64,000 nt of DNA from the human T2T-CHM13v2.0 reference genome, Homo sapiens. Positions within the stretch are counted from its first letter, which is position 1, and every line of letters begins with the position of its first letter. The notes under the pieces are model-generated. The model saw only the letters and a program-made list of their open reading frames with translations, was not told where the DNA came from and searched no databases. The stretch is taken from the NCBI RefSeq assembly GCF_009914755.1, contig NC_060929.1; one strand, written 5' to 3'. This document shows positions 1-14,099 of this stretch, piece by piece. The position numbers and the translations under genes are program-made.

Positions 1-359
1 GTATTGTACATCTATGACAATATTTAAATTTTAGCAAGACAAATATTTTATAATAAGAATGTTATAAAGTAGGTGTGTTACATGTAGATACTTTCAAGAG
101 CCAGTTAGCTAATATAATTGCTACTTGGAATGAGGAAAGAATCTGGTTGGAGTCCCAGTAAGATTAGCAATGACAGTCCTAATTTAGCAGGGAAGACAGT
201 AGTTCAGCATAATGTTGGAGCAGTAATAAGAGGACCAAACCTAGTAAGGAAGACATGAAATCTTTGGTCAAAGATTCAGAGTGTATGGTTGAAGGCAAGA
301 ACTGGTTCTTTGAGTAGGACAATGTAATGCCACCATAAGTGTATTTAAAAATAAAAATC

Positions 360-720
360 TAGTGATTCTTCCTCAGAGAAGTCTTCAGCCACTTACCAGG
401 GTAACTATGAACTGCAGAAAAAGAATGCCCACTTTTTAAAAGACTGTTTTAAATAGAATCTGAACTAATAATCAGATGTCCCCAAAAGCCATTAGATATA
501 TCTAGCTAAAATAAGAACACATTCTAAGTGTGCAATAGCATTTGAGCCAAGTTTATCTTGCAGTGAGTCGAGTGGGCCCATGGACTTTCTCTGGGGTTAT
601 TTTCTCTGTGAATAATTAGCACAGATATACTTAATAGCTCTCAGAGCCCTCATATTGGGTTCCAGACCTCAGTAACTATTGCGGTAGGATGAGCCCAGTT
701 GAAACAACAATCATTTCACT
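360..720 (+). mobile_element. Degenerate ERVL-family internal sequence (protease/pol 5' part)
   Basis: GTGGGCCCA..GGTTATTT..AATAATTAGCACAGATATACTTAATAGCTCTCAGAGCCCTCATATTGGGTTCC resembles recalled HERVL-int; continues after the L1 at ~2000. Confidence 0.6.
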
Positions 721-834
721 ACAACCAAAATGGAATCTCCTCCCTCCCTCTTTCTCCTCTTTCTTTTATTTTTTAACAAATTTTATTGTGTATGTTTAAG
801 GTATACAATACAACATTATTGATATATATCTGTA

Positions 835-835
<1 letters not shown>

Positions 836-868
<33 letters not shown>

Positions 869-891
869 TGTACACACACACACACACACAC
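836..891. repeat. (TA)n(CA)n compound microsatellite
   Basis: Directly visible. Confidence 0.95.
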
Positions 892-909
892 TTATAATAC
901 AATGATTAC

Positions 910-1362
910 TGTAGGACATTGGTCAGGGTGGTAGGAGAAATTACAGGAAAATAATGCAAACCTTCTTGGAAAACCAGGGGTTTGCATAGCTTCAGAAGAG
1001 AGTTTGGCTGAAGGCAGCTGAATTCTCTTAAGAGCTTAGATTAGATAACAAGGGGATGTCAAGAAACTGATCTAAATAGTTAGTTTACTTAGGCCTCAGA
1101 ACCTGGCCTTTAATCATCCACTCTTTGGACTGCGTTCTCCAGAAGGGCGGCCATATTAACTACCCACAAGTGTGTTGACTCAAAGCCTTTGTCATTAAAT
1201 CTGTACTAAATAAATGCCCTTAGTGCCAGCTTGTCATGGCCGTGGCTGCTACAACTCGTGGGTGGCCCCTGTCACCTCGCCTGCTCTTTCACTGGATATC
1301 TGTGTCTGAGCGCATTTTTTTTCATCTGTCGCTTGGTCATGGTCTGCAGGTTGGACTTGGCA
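910..1362 (+). mobile_element. Solo LTR, LTR22-like (HERV-K HML-5)
   Basis: TG...CA termini, perfect 6-bp TSD GATTAC (904-909, 1363-1368), start TGTAGGACATTGGTCAGGGTGGTAGGAGAAA matches recalled LTR22, AATAAA near 1209. Confidence 0.8.
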
Positions 1363-2019
1363 GATTACTATAGGGAAACACATTAATAAATCCATCATCT
1401 CACAGTTACTCATTTTTATTCCCCTTGTGACAAGAGCAGCTATAGTCTACTCATTTAGCAAAAATCTATTATTGGCTACAAATCTCTTGTTATACTTTAG
1501 ATGTTTCTACTTGTTGATCCTACATATTTGCTAATTTGTATCCTTTAAGCTATGTCTCCCCATTTCCTCTTCCCTCACCCCAATGCTGGTTACCATGTTT
1601 TATTCTCTATTTTCATATATCTGAGGTTTTTTTTAGATTTCTCATATAGGTGAGATCATGCAATATTTGTCTTTCTATGCCTGGCTTATTCACTTAGCAT
1701 AGCATCTTTTAGGTCCATCAGTGTTGTGGCAAATGCAGGATGTCCTCCTTTATAAGGCTGAATTATATTCTCTATATACATGAATTAGATATGGATTATA
1801 TAGAAAATTAAGTAGAGATAGATTCTATATGTATATATACATATTGAGAGACATAACTGTATCTCACAGGTTTGTTTTATTCATTTGCCTGTTGATGGAT
1901 ACCTAGGTTGTGTTCATATCTTGGCTATTGTAAGTAATGCGTCAATGAACATGAGAGTATCAGTATCTTTAAGAGGTGGTGATTTTAGTTCCTTTTCAAA
2001 ATAAGATCTCAGAAATCAT

Positions 2020-3830
2020 ATTAGACAGCAGTCTTAAACATTAAAATTTCATAATGGCCAACCCTATAATATCGTATTCCATTCATGTGTCAAGGCTTTG
2101 CACACACAAAATGGACTGTGGTAGATAAGGGTGGAGTGACATCAACCAAGCCAGATGATAGCTTTACTTGGGCATCTGGTTCTGGATGTGGTATCTTCCT
2201 GGAACAAATCTACTTAGTATGTGGTTATTGATCTGAGAAATGCATTTTTAAATTCCCATCAATACTGAACATTAAAAATAGTTCAGTTTTATGTGCAAAA
2301 GACAGCAGTTCACATTTATGATCATACTACAGAGCTGTATTAATTCTCCTGCTCTCTGTCACCACATAAAATAGGTCTTGAAATCTTGACGTTCTGCACA
2401 ATATCCACACTCCTTACTGTAATGATGCCATCAAGCTAATTGAAATTAGCAAACAGAATGTGACAAGTATAAGAGATTCTTAGTAAGACACATGCTTGTC
2501 AAGGACGAAAGATAAACTCCCTGTTGAACTGATAAAAGTTTCAAAAATTTGGAGCATTCTGTAACATTTCCTTTAAGAGAAAGTTTGACCTGTGTGCCTT
2601 ATACATCCCTGCGTTAACAAATTGGCTTACCACTGGTGAATAAGCACATGTTCTCATTTGGAATACTGTCTATGATATTTTCCAGATGGAAGGCTGCCAA
2701 TTTTGAGTGAGTCTCAAAGCAAAAAGTGCTATATTACAAGTACCAACTAGATGTAATCTGCCCTACTGCTCAGGCAGGTGACATTGCTGAGCCATTTATG
2801 CCAAGTATATCTCTGTTGAATCAGAATGGCATGCCAAAGTCTCTGGTATGACACAATAGAAGAGTTTCAGGAACAATGCTAGGGTGAGAAAGGTCATGTT
2901 TTTATTCTGGCAGAGGAATCATTCCCTTTTCCAAAATATTCCCTGGTTTGTTTCTGTACACTCATAAAAATAGAGTGCTTGACCAAAGGACACCTGAAGC
3001 TTCCCATCATAAGCAATTTATTAACAGATCCATTGGGCCATAAGGTCAGGAAAGCACCACAGCCATCCACCTTATAAAGTGACACTATCAAGGTCACACC
3101 TAACCAGGTCATATGACTCACTTAAGTGACATGATCAAGTATTCCACCCTCCATGGCATTTATCTGACATTTATGCTGTCCTGACATCTCTGCTTCTACT
3201 AAACCCGGTAGCTTCACAGGGGTTCTGCAAGACCAACTAAAGGAGGAGGAAAAACTGTAATCCTGTTTAATAAGCAATATATTGAGATTAACCTTAAAAT
3301 GTCATTGCTTTAAAAATAATCTTAAAGGTGTGACGTAAAACTTATGTTGTGATCAATGGACTGCAATATTCTATTTGTTTAGAATGAGAAAATGCCTGTG
3401 ACAAGGATAGACACAGAAACCTAGGGTTGACAAACACAGAAGGATTATGACTGGACGATATAAGATAAGGGAGACTGGAGGAGAAGAATTTCAATAGGAT
3501 CACATAAGTGAGTACATTTTTTTGTGTATTTTTTATGTTACAGGTTATTACCTATCAGAGCACATTTGCCTCAGAGACGATATCCCACAATCAAGTAAGA
3601 GGATGATTTAACCTATGGAGAGCAACCAATCCTTAATCTTGCACCATGAGAACATGGTGCAAGATGGAGGTTCCACGTGGACCCAGTAGTATGGCGGGCT
3701 CCCTCTCCCAGTACTGCTCTAGGTACTGCTTCCACCAAAAACTTAGCTTATCCATTGCAATTCCCCTGTTCTGCACTCATCTACTGTGGGATCACACCTT
3801 CTAAATAAGCTATCTCCATGCAGGTATCTG
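2020..3830 (+). mobile_element. Degenerate ERVL pol (RT through integrase N-terminus)
   Basis: Relics of ERVL RT motifs (GATGTGGTATCTT..GAACAAAT; ATTGATCTGAGAAATGCATTTTT; CAGAGCTGTATTAATTCTCCTGCTCTCTGTCA) and integrase-region CATGGTGCAAGATGGAGGTT; no open frame. Confidence 0.65.
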
Positions 3831-3869
3831 TCTTGGGATACACTTTCCAGGTTATTCGGACTAGGACAA

Positions 3870-4620
3870 ATGAAAAGACAAGGAGATGCACGTGTAAAAG
3901 TAAAGATTATAGGGTTAGTTTTGGAAATGCTAAATTTGAGGTGCTATTCAGCCATGGTTTATATGCAATAGGCCATTGGAGTTAGAAGGATCTGAGGAAG
4001 CAATACATTTGAAAATCATCATAATATAGGGCATTTACATTCATAAGGACAATGGTTAACTTTTTTTTTTCAGCAGTGAAGAGGCCCAATATTTGATTTT
4101 TTGGTATGCCAGCATACAGGTGTTTGTCAAAGAAGAGAAAAACAGAAAAGAAGACAGAAAGAAGAGTCATTCAGATAAAATGAAAACCAAGAGCACATGT
4201 TGCCTTGGAAATAAAGGGAAGAAAATATAAGATGGAGAATTTCCATCTACCCCATCAACTATTGATAAATCAAGTAATATGGGAATTGAAAATTGCTGAT
4301 TGCATTGAATGACTTGAAGACCTGTGGAGAAGACTTGACTGAAATGACTTAAGTGGAAAATAGGCAGAAAATTAACAACTGAGAAATGAATAGTTATGCA
4401 AAGCATTTTGCTGTCAAAAGAAGCTAAGAACTAGTGTGCAGCTGGTGGAAGAAAGGGAAGTAGAAAATGATGTTTTAAATACAGGAAATATAAGAGGATG
4501 CTTGTATGCTAATGAGAATGAACTAGAAAAACTACTGCAGGAGGAAAAGGGATAATTGCTGTGGTAATGACCCTGAGTTATGAGAGGGCCCTTCCTTTGA
4601 CTCAGGGGCAGAAGTCATGT
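3870..4620 (-). mobile_element. L2 fragment
   Basis: AGTTTTGGAAATGCTAAATTTGAGGTGC is the antisense L2 core motif; purine-rich continuation. Confidence 0.55.
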
Positions 4621-5220
4621 GAAAGGCATAGATAGAGGCTGGATTTGCCTAGCTGTCACTCAAAATTCCTTTTAATTTGCTGTTGTTTTTATTATTTTGG
4701 TATGATAAAACATTCATTAAGTTACCAGCTATGCTTCACTTAAACACACACATAACACACACACAAACACCCCTTAGATATATTGTTTCAACTGTAAAAT
4801 ATATTAATTCTGCAAATGCTGAAAACATTCCTTTGGATTTGATAGGTTTATTGTTTTAAGTGCTTCCAATATAACATGTAGATATATATGAGAGAAAGAG
4901 AGTTATAGAAATGTAGATATAGGTAATATCTGCATGATTGAGGCTAAAATAATTAAGAAACATAACATGTCCTAGAAACATCTAGGAAAATAGAGCTTAG
5001 CTTTTCAAATGTTCTCAAATCTAATAGTCATGCAATCTGGTGTAAAAGCATTGTAATATAGGGAAAACTTTAAGCATTATGTAGACGTAATTGATTCCTG
5101 ATAGCATGCTAAGTCAATTATAGATTACAAAAGTTCAACTGCTATGATTTCCAACTCTTGAAAAAAATTCCTCCATTGTTGATGTCTTAATATTCATCAA
5201 TTCAGTTCAGATTGAGTCTT

Positions 5221-5261
5221 TTTCAATGGCAAAAACTGCAATTACTTTTGCATCAACCTAA
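5221..5261 (+). mobile_element. MADE1 (Hsmar1 MITE) half element
   Basis: TTTCAATGGCAAAAACTGCAATTACTTTTGCATCAACCTAA = one MADE1 terminal inverted repeat (TIR) arm. Confidence 0.85.
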
Positions 5262-5509
5262 TGAATCACTTGTTCCAAGTTACTAAAATTGTATTTATAA
5301 GTGTCAGCTTATGCATGTAAGTTACCAGTAGTGACCTTTGTGTTTATTTGACCTAGATTCCTAATGTCTGAAATTAGGAAAGTGACTTTCAGAAAGGTTT
5401 GGTGTCCTGCCTGTAGGTCTACATGAATACTTTTGCAAAGCTAGTAAAACCCAGGTCTCATACCATTAAATTTCAATAATGTTAATTAGTTTAAATATTT
5501 TAAATCATC

Positions 5510-6155
5510 TGTTCTAGGCAGAATTCTAAGATGATCCCCAGGATATATACTTGCCCCTGGAGTGTGGTAAGACCTACAAATACAATGAAATGACCTTCCA
5601 GTGATAAGGTTACTTTATGTGATAAAGTTGAAAGGATTTTGCAGATATAATGAAAATCCCAAATCAGTTCACTTATGTCAACTGATGCACAGGATAACAA
5701 GCAGGATATTATTCTGGAGTATAAAACCTTTTAAGGAGGGATAGGGTCTTCCTAAAGATAGGAAGATTCTCCTACTCATTTTGAAAACGTGAGCTGCCAT
5801 GTTGCAAAGCTTCAGAGAACTTCAGACAAAGGGTGTCAGCCTCTAGAAGCTGAGCAGTCTCCAGCCAATAACCAGTAAGAAGCCAGGGCCCTCAGCACAG
5901 GGCTGCAAGCAAATGAAAGCTACTAACCACCTACATGATGCTGGAGGTAGAATATTCTCTGAACAAGCTTGCAGATAAGAATAGAGCACACTGAACAAAC
6001 GCCTAGTGTGACCTTGAGCTGAGGACCCAGTTAGGTTATGCCCAACCACTCGGCCATGAGAACAGTTGATATAAATTTGCATTGTTTTAAGCTGTTACAT
6101 TTTTTTAAAAGTTGTACATTTTTAAATGCTAACCAAGCTATGAAAAATAAATACT
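5510..6155 (+). mobile_element. MaLR LTR, MLT1E-like
   Basis: Start TGTTCTAGGCAGAATTCTAAGATG, GGATTTTGCAGATATAAT, AGCCTCTAGAAGCTGAG, ATAAATTTGCATTGTTTTAAGC. Confidence 0.8.
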
Positions 6156-7454
6156 TGTTTTCTGAATTTTCAACTAAAAATTACACATAAATGATATATT
6201 GATTTTGCTTTTGAAAATCTTTTTGTTGATTTAACTTGCATTTCATGGCTTTAGTTCTGATGAGTTAGTGAGACTCAACTGAGACAGGGGATCTCTAGAT
6301 CTCACATGTGAACACATTTAAATGATGATGAAAGGCTTCCTTTAGATACTGGCCTCAGCAACATTGGCAAGTGTAAAACGTAGCAGAAGAAATGAGATTT
6401 ACAACTCAAACCAGAGACAAAAAAGTTATAAAACTTTGATTTAAAGTAGAAATACTTCAGACCATTATAGAAAAACGATCCAAATAAGAATCCATCCAGC
6501 ACATTACTGACTATGAGGCCTTTACTTCCAGAGAAGTATTTTTAATGTGGATTTACCAACTGAACTGGGATTACTTACAAACAGCAGAAAATAAGCTTTA
6601 TATCAGTATATTTCTTTGTAAAGTGGTCAAAAATATATTGTCCAAGTCAAGAAAAAAAAAATACTCAGTAAACTTTATCTACTTACCATGTTAGGAGTGA
6701 TAATTTTTCTTAAAAATTCCCACTGTTTTATTTTGTGTACGTTTATGTGTATTTAGAAGTAAAACAAGCACAGAATAATAAAAGGGCCTTAACAGAAAAT
6801 CTTGATTATTACACAGAGATGAGTTCACTGAGAATGGCTGACTACTGATGGTCCCAGTGTTGAAATCAACAATCAACATGGAATGCCCTTCAGTAGGGGC
6901 AAAATTTGAATTATGTTTTGAAGGTTTGATGAGTCTTATTGCCTAAAAAGAAAATGGTAGAAGAAAAGGGCAAAGAGAACAACATAAAGTTTAAGCTGGA
7001 AAATTCAGCTTGGAGCAGATTATGAAAGCTTTGCTAAAGATGTTTTGTTAATTTTAAGCAATTATATCATATGTTACATAAGATTACCTGATGACAAGGC
7101 TACTGAGATAACATCTGAGAGGAAGATGAGTTGATACATGTTGGGAGCAGTTATGTAGAGGAGAAATCTGATGAGGAGAAAAAAAATGGATTGAATTTCG
7201 GCCTTGGAGGGAAAACTAATCTGTGATCTATATTTCTGGTGGTTCTATGATCAGCCCATTTTTAAATAAGAAACCAGTCAAAAGCTAAAGGCAAAAATTT
7301 TGATTCTTAAATCCTAAAGAAAATCTGTCAAAAGTAGGAATGTTTTCAAGCTCCTAACACAATTTCCTTTATTTTCCAGTTGCCAGAAGAAAGCTTGGTT
7401 GAGTCATCAGGAAACTGAGACAAGAATATGGGTAAACAGAGATAAGTTTAGTAA

Positions 7455-7779
<325 letters not shown>

Positions 7780-8769
7780 CAAAATGACTTTTTATGGATT
7801 TGAGGGTATCTAGAAACACTTGATACCAGAATAGAAGAAACAAGATGTTACAATATTTGAATAGAAATATACCTAAAATTTTGGCAGTTCATACATGGAG
7901 CTCTGATTGCTTTCTACTCATGTTTACTGGAAATTTTTAATAATTGAGATGCTTAAAAACAAAACTTTGTTGTTTCTTAGTGAATTTAATGACTCTCATG
8001 TAATATCCTACAGTTTTGTAATAAATGAATATAGTTGACGAGTCAAGGACATCAATGCCGTATTAAGATGAAAAGGCAATGCTCAAGGTTTAGTTATCTT
8101 TCTTCAACAGAAAACTGGTTTGATTTTGCACAACTGAAATATTTCATATCATGATATCCATGACCAATTGCCAGTAGTAAAAGCCATTGATACTGAATTT
8201 GTGAAATCGAATATATGCTGTAACATAAAATGTTATAGTTATGGAAGCATAAGTCAAAATCAACGGATTTTTTTGTTGATAACTGAGCTGGAATAATATT
8301 CCGTTATTTTTCTTCAAAATACCTCTGGCCTAATATTCATTCACAGTCGGTTTCAATTCACTCCAGTGCATGACTATCCAGCAGACCTAAATTTGAGGTT
8401 GCAAACATTCTCAAACAGAGTAGGTTAATAGAAAAGTGTTGGGATGTTACGTGTCAGTAATACTTAGCGTGAGTACACAGTATCTGTATTAATTATATGG
8501 TTTTAACAACAATTTTCCAGTGTTACTTTATGGAAAAAAAATTTGTTTGAAATTCATTGATATTGGAAGTTTTTAATTTCCTTCTAAGCCCTCCACAACT
8601 TCTATGTAATTGTTAATTTACTCCTATTTCTCCATAATATCTGCTCTAATATTCGCCAAGCCAGAGTAATCTAATATTTGTAGTTAGGCTGATTAGTAAA
8701 ATAATCAAAATAACAGATTGCTGAAAACATATAGCCTCTCAGTCTCTCAAAAGTTTGATTAATCAACTG

Positions 8770-8842
8770 TGTGTCCTGGTTCCTAACAAGCCACGGACTG
8801 GTGCCTGGTACTGGTCTGTGGCCCCGTGGTTAGGGACACCTG
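8770..8842 (+). mobile_element. MER1 (hAT-Charlie) terminal fragment
   Basis: GGTTCCTAACAAGCCACGGACTGG...GGTTAGGGACACCTG matches the recalled MER1 3' end. Confidence 0.75.
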
Positions 8843-8844
8843 TT

Positions 8845-9502
8845 TCATGGGGCTCTACAGTAAGGAAAAGTAAGGGTATTTTGAGAGGCTGAGGTGGGTG
8901 GATCATCTGAGGTCAGGAGTTCAAGACCAGCCTGGCCAACATGGCAAAACTCTGTCTCCACTAAAAATACAAAAATTAGCCAGGCGTGGTGGCAGGCACC
9001 TGCAATCCCAGCTACTCAGGAGGCTGAGGCAGGAGAATCGCTTGAACCTGGAGGAGGAGGTTGCAGTGAGCGAAGATCGTGTTGCTGTACTCCAGCCTGG
9101 GCGACAGAGCGAGACTCTGTCTCAAAAAACAAAACAAAACAAAAAAAAAACAAAAAAAAAGTAAGGGGAACTTACTTCTTACAAGAGGCATGTAGAGGTG
9201 GGATTTTTCTAGTGCATGTGTGGTGGTTTAACACGCTTCTTGATACAAAACATGTATCATTAGGATCTTACATCTCCACCCCTGGGAGTGATTTTTAGCA
9301 TTAAAATAAGGAAAAGGTCACTATGAGTTGAAAGTTAAGCCTAGCTTCAAGTCCCTAGTCCCCTAAAGCAGAAACTTACGTTTAATAGCTTCTTGGGCCT
9401 TTGATGTTGATTGGCTGTAGTTACAGCCTGAGTATCCGGGCTTTTGTTCTTTTTTTCTCCAGGCCACATCAACATAGGAAGCAAGCCAGCTTGCCTATCT
9501 CA
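8845..9502 (-). mobile_element. ERV1-type LTR fragment (family unresolved), hosting an Alu
   Basis: Ends GCCTATCTCA (TGAGATAGGC on minus); ATCTCCACCCCTGGG..TTTTTAGCATTAAAAT and CCAAT box typical of ERV1 LTRs. Confidence 0.45.
8877..9160 (+). mobile_element. 5'-truncated AluS
   Basis: Starts at TTTGAGAGGCTGAGG (first ~35 nt missing); TSD AAAAGTAAGGG on both sides. Confidence 0.95.
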
Positions 9503-9574
9503 TGCTTTCTTAACTCATGCTTGCCTATCTCTAAAGAACTCTTCATTTCCCATGCTTCTCTCCTTGTTACTGTA

Positions 9575-9788
9575 TTAACATACTCTTTCTGTAAAGGAAC
9601 AGAGAGCATTTGAACCGTTGTGAGCCATGAAGACTTTGTTGAAAATACTCATCTGCCATTACAATGCAAAAGCCACCATAGATAATATGTAAATATATGA
9701 TTATTGCTGAGTTCTAATAAAGCCATATACAAAAACAGATAGCAGGCCAGCTTGCCCTCACTACCCCTGTTTTAGTTTGCAGACCTCT
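9575..9788 (-). mobile_element. MER58A-like hAT element
   Basis: TTTCTGTAAAGG...CCATAGATAATATGTAAAT..TTCTAATAAAG..ACAAAAACAG..TAGTTTGCAGACC. Confidence 0.7.
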
Positions 9789-11304
9789 AATACCAAGAAA
9801 CGTAACTTTACCAGATTAATAGTATTATTCCAAATTCTAAGTGCTCTTCCTATGCTCTAGAAAAGGGAATGTGTTCAAAACTGCATCTCCAGTGGAGGAC
9901 AGGAAGTCATTAAGGTTAACACTTGTGGCGTCATTGTCAAGCCTTGTCATTTTTTAATTTTCATTTTACATATTTATGTAAACAAAATAAAGAATTAAAA
10001 GAAATGTGTAAGGAATCAAAACATCTGCATATTAGACATCTTTTATTGCGGCTAGAGTGATATTTAAAATATTCAACATTGGGTTAAGCAAGGACACTAA
10101 ACAGTCAAATTGATGCTGAAAGATCAGAATAGATGCTGGCAACAAAAAACACTGTATGACCAATACGAAGTGAGAATCAACTCTGCTAGTGACATTTCAT
10201 CTAAAAAGGTGTGGATGTGTGTTACAGGTATGATGTATGAGAACAGGTGTTTAGACATTTCTGCTATGAGGTTTCTTACAACATGATTTAAAGTTGCCAA
10301 TGTGGTGTTCTGTGGGCTGCTGAGTGTATCAATTCCAGCTACTTCCTGAAGCAGAATCTTCCAGTTAGATTGCCATAACACAGTGGTTTGCTAAGGCTGG
10401 GATATAATGTCCTGCAGTATATTGATCCTCTTAGCCCATGGAGCACCAGCAAAGAGACTTTGGAAGCCACAACCCCTGGCTTGTTACCTAGAGCTTTAAG
10501 AATTCTCGTTTTTCTATGCATATCATAACATTAAAACAAAATTGACATTCTGCCGTCCTCAGGGAATGAGTAAATATACACAGGTTCATTTAGGGCAACT
10601 CTGGATTACAACAAAGAGGTCTTCAGAGATGACTCCATTCATCACCTGGTGTGGCTGCATTCATTCGAGAGGACTAAAGTTATATGCTGAAAATTGGATT
10701 AATTTGGAGTTAATTACTTGGTTAGACAGTGAGTGGCAATGGCGTTTGGGGAAGGGTCAGGTCATTGTTTCCTGTAAGTATATCAGATGCAATAGCAAAA
10801 TTCCTTGGAAGGCTCACCCACGCGTTTTGTAACAATGCTCAGATTTGTTGCATAGGTTTGGAGACCTGATAGGGCCATGATTCTTAGAGCACTGAGGTTC
10901 ATGTGGTGACACAGATGTTTTCAATTATGAAATCTTACCTTTACCCATTACTTAGTTCCCTGTTGTTTGGTTGCTTAGCTGCCTGTTGATTTCATTCATG
11001 AAAGCCATACATTTTCAGTCAGGGTTCTGCACATCAGACCACTTTGAGTGCTGAATGGTCCATCTGTTCTTCTGCTTTTCACAATGACCGTGATACTTTG
11101 ATTCTCATTTTTTTTTTCTGCTAGCAATTGTTTGTGTTAACTCTAGTTTTCTTCCATGCATTTTAGAACTGTAGACTCAATTTTAATTTTATCCTCTCCC
11201 GCTAGCATTGCAAATTTAGTAAGCACAACCACAATTAAAAACAAACAAACAAACAAAAAACAGCTGAGCACTTCTCTCAGCAATTTCTCACGGCAAGAGT
11301 AAAG

Positions 11305-11756
11305 TGTGATAGGCAGAATAACCTCCCTCCCAACCCTGCAAGATGGCCACATCCTAATCTTTAGAAACTGTGACTATATTACCTTACATGGCAAAAGGGA
11401 CTTTGAAGATGTCATTACACTAAGGACCTTGAGATAAGGAGATTATCCTGGATTATTGTTATCTGTGTGAGCCCAATCTAATTACATGAGTCTTAAAAGC
11501 AGAGAACATCTTTCAGCTGTAGTGAGAGACAGATTTGATGACAGAAGAATGGTCAGAGAGATGCAATCCTGTTGGTATTGAAAATGGGAGAAGAGAACTA
11601 TGAGCCAATAAATGTGAGCAGCCTCTAGTTGCTGGAAAAGGCAAGGAGATGGATTCTTCCCTAGAGCAACCCAAAATTGGAAGATAATAAATCTGTGTTG
11701 TTTTAAACTATTAAATTTCTAGCAATTTGTTACAGTGGCCATAGAAAACGAATACA
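11305..11756 (+). mobile_element. MaLR LTR, MLT1D-like
   Basis: TGTGATAGGCAGAATAA...TTACCTTACATGGCAAAAGGGACTTTG...GAAAACGAATACA. Confidence 0.85.
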
Positions 11757-11939
11757 TACAAAATGTGTAAGATTTTTCTAAAAGTCTTAAAAAGTCTCTT
11801 TTGTTGAGTTATATATTAGATGCAATTTAATATTTCTGTCTTCCATAGTTTTTGAATTTCTTCTCCATATTATGAAAAAAAATTTTCTCTCTTCTCTCTC
11901 TCTCTTTCCATGACAACGTGCATGGGCATTTTATTTTTG

Positions 11940-12500
11940 TGTCAATAACGCATACAACAAAGCAAGGCCAAGGCCTGACTGATTTGACTGGTAATGGTTT
12001 AATGAGACAGCCATTTTTACATTAGGCAGTTTATTGCTTACCTAGACAATGAAAAGAAGAATAAGCCTAAGGTGCCACCTCCTCATTATCCTTGTCCCAT
12101 ACACTAAAAGGGATGACACAAACAAAAGGGGCCAAAACTGTCATGTGAGTTGTAGGAAAGATATTCCATTGATGAGGAGTCCACTCTACACTGCAGCTAA
12201 GTGGTCTTGTATTCCACAGCTCTATTTCAAGGAGTATGGGACAGACAGCCCCACACTTTATTAGAAGCTGAGAGGCAATGAAGACTCTCTCCTGACAGCC
12301 TCAACAGGTAGACACAGAGGTGCATGTAACAGGCCTTGAAGGAACCTTTACAGATCTTCACCTTCTCCTTTTGTGGCAGGATTACAAGGCATTCTGCCAA
12401 GACTCAAACTGTGGTTCAAGCCTTTGTCTTTGTGGTCTATGTGGGTATGAGCAAAGTAACATGAATGATCAGACCTCTTCCTCTACACTCTGAAGATGAC
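11940..12500 (-). mobile_element. Old LTR-like element, family unresolved
   Basis: GC-richer island with GCAGTTTATTGCTTAC (minus-strand AATAAA) in an LTR-like layout. Confidence 0.3.
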
Positions 12501-14099
12501 AGAGAGAAAATCTCATTTCTAAGATACTGCAAATTGTATAAGTGGAATCATGTACATCTGGAAATGCTGGCAGTCATAGATAAAATTTCTGTAGAATAAA
12601 GTAACAAGGTACTGGATAGCAAAGTCAAAAAGTAGAGAAACAGAGCTCCATCATAAATTTATAAAATCAGTCATTATAAAATTAATCACGCTATCTGTTC
12701 CAATAGGAGTAGCAATTAATCCTTTATGTAGAGCTAATTTTAATTGTGTGCCTTCCTCTTACAATTGAACATAATCATATTAATACATAAAGCTGACATT
12801 GTACAACATAATTCCACCTTCAATGAGTACTAAAAAGTTAAACATACATAAAATGTGTGCTAATTGTTAATAACATTGGAGTTGTATAATTTCTGTATAT
12901 AATGTTTTTAATTAGTGGCATGGACCCAGTTATGGATTAAAAATCATATTTATATTGTAAGCTGAAGTTACAAGATGTAATTTCAGATATGTGGTACTCA
13001 GCTTTACCTTGGATTAAGTCTTGACCCTTGAAATGAGTCAAAATGTGTCCTTACCGACATTTATTGAAGTGATGATGTAATTGGGAGCAGTTCAAAAGAA
13101 CATTTAATGGTGTACTCCTTGAAATATCACTGGAAATAAGAAGGTGATGTGTAAGTTGCATGTACAACTCCATCAGCCATCACATTTATATGTGTAAGCT
13201 ACATGCAAAATGCTTATACAACCAATACATAAGAGCTCCCCCTTTAGATTGAATGTATCCTTGGAAATGATCATTTAAATTATTTAATCATTTATGAGAC
13301 ATACCCAGATCAATGGCACCTAACAAAATACCTTGCCAGATTATATATTTGGAAATAAAACAGTATTCATTAATTCTTATCCTCACAATGACAAGAAAAC
13401 TGGAAATCACCGAAATCATTGGGAAAATTTTTAAAGTAACTGAAGGCATCACAGAGCTTTCAAGTTTAAGTTTGCCGAGTCAGATACAGTAAATCGAATT
13501 TTAAAATATATATTTTTGATTATCATATGGTGTATTATACCTTTATTCAGTCTATATTTTTCCTCTGTCTTAGTATGGTTTGTCCCTTTTCTTATTTTGT
13601 ATTTAACACTTTGAAGTTTTAGCTACTTTATTAGTGTCCTGCCCCTGCATGGGCATTAGAATTTTAGCTCTAAGCCCTTAGTGAGCCCTTCGTGCGTATA
13701 TCCAGGTTTTCCCTTCTCTTCTTTGTCATGATGTCAACATCGGACACCTCACTTAATTTTCTCAACTTATATTTGACACCTATAGTCTTCCTTTAGTTAT
13801 CCAAGGCTTAAATGTTTATCAGAACATGATGCAATCATAATCTCTATCTGTTTATGGCAGGACGGTGGTCATTCTCATCACTTCATTCTTCCCAATTACA
13901 TGACGTCAACCACCAAATTCTATGTGAGCATAGAAAATAATTTTCCCTATTGAAATTGAGAGTGTACAGGGCTCTGAAATTAAATGATAGTAATTTAGAA
14001 GTCATTATGACAGAATGTGACATAAAAAAGTATATATGTACTTAAATTTTCTTGTGAGTATTTGATAATAATATTGGCTATGATAATGCCACTGCACCA

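Larger units (their letters stand above)
762..1995 (-). mobile_element. L1MA-type 3' end (split by an LTR22 at 910-1362)
   Basis: T-rich tail, then antisense L1 3' UTR/ORF2 end (GTGAGATCATGCAATATTTGTCTTTCTATGCCTGGCTTATT, CATATCTTGGCTATTGTAAGTAATG). Confidence 0.85.

Noticed and set aside
5221-5261. miR-548-like hairpin
   Set aside because: Only one MADE1 arm is present, so the hairpin cannot form.
8894-9298. 134-aa ORF and similar ORFs (15337, 22150, 25064, 38198, 46163, 61935)
   Set aside because: These are translations of Alu sequence.
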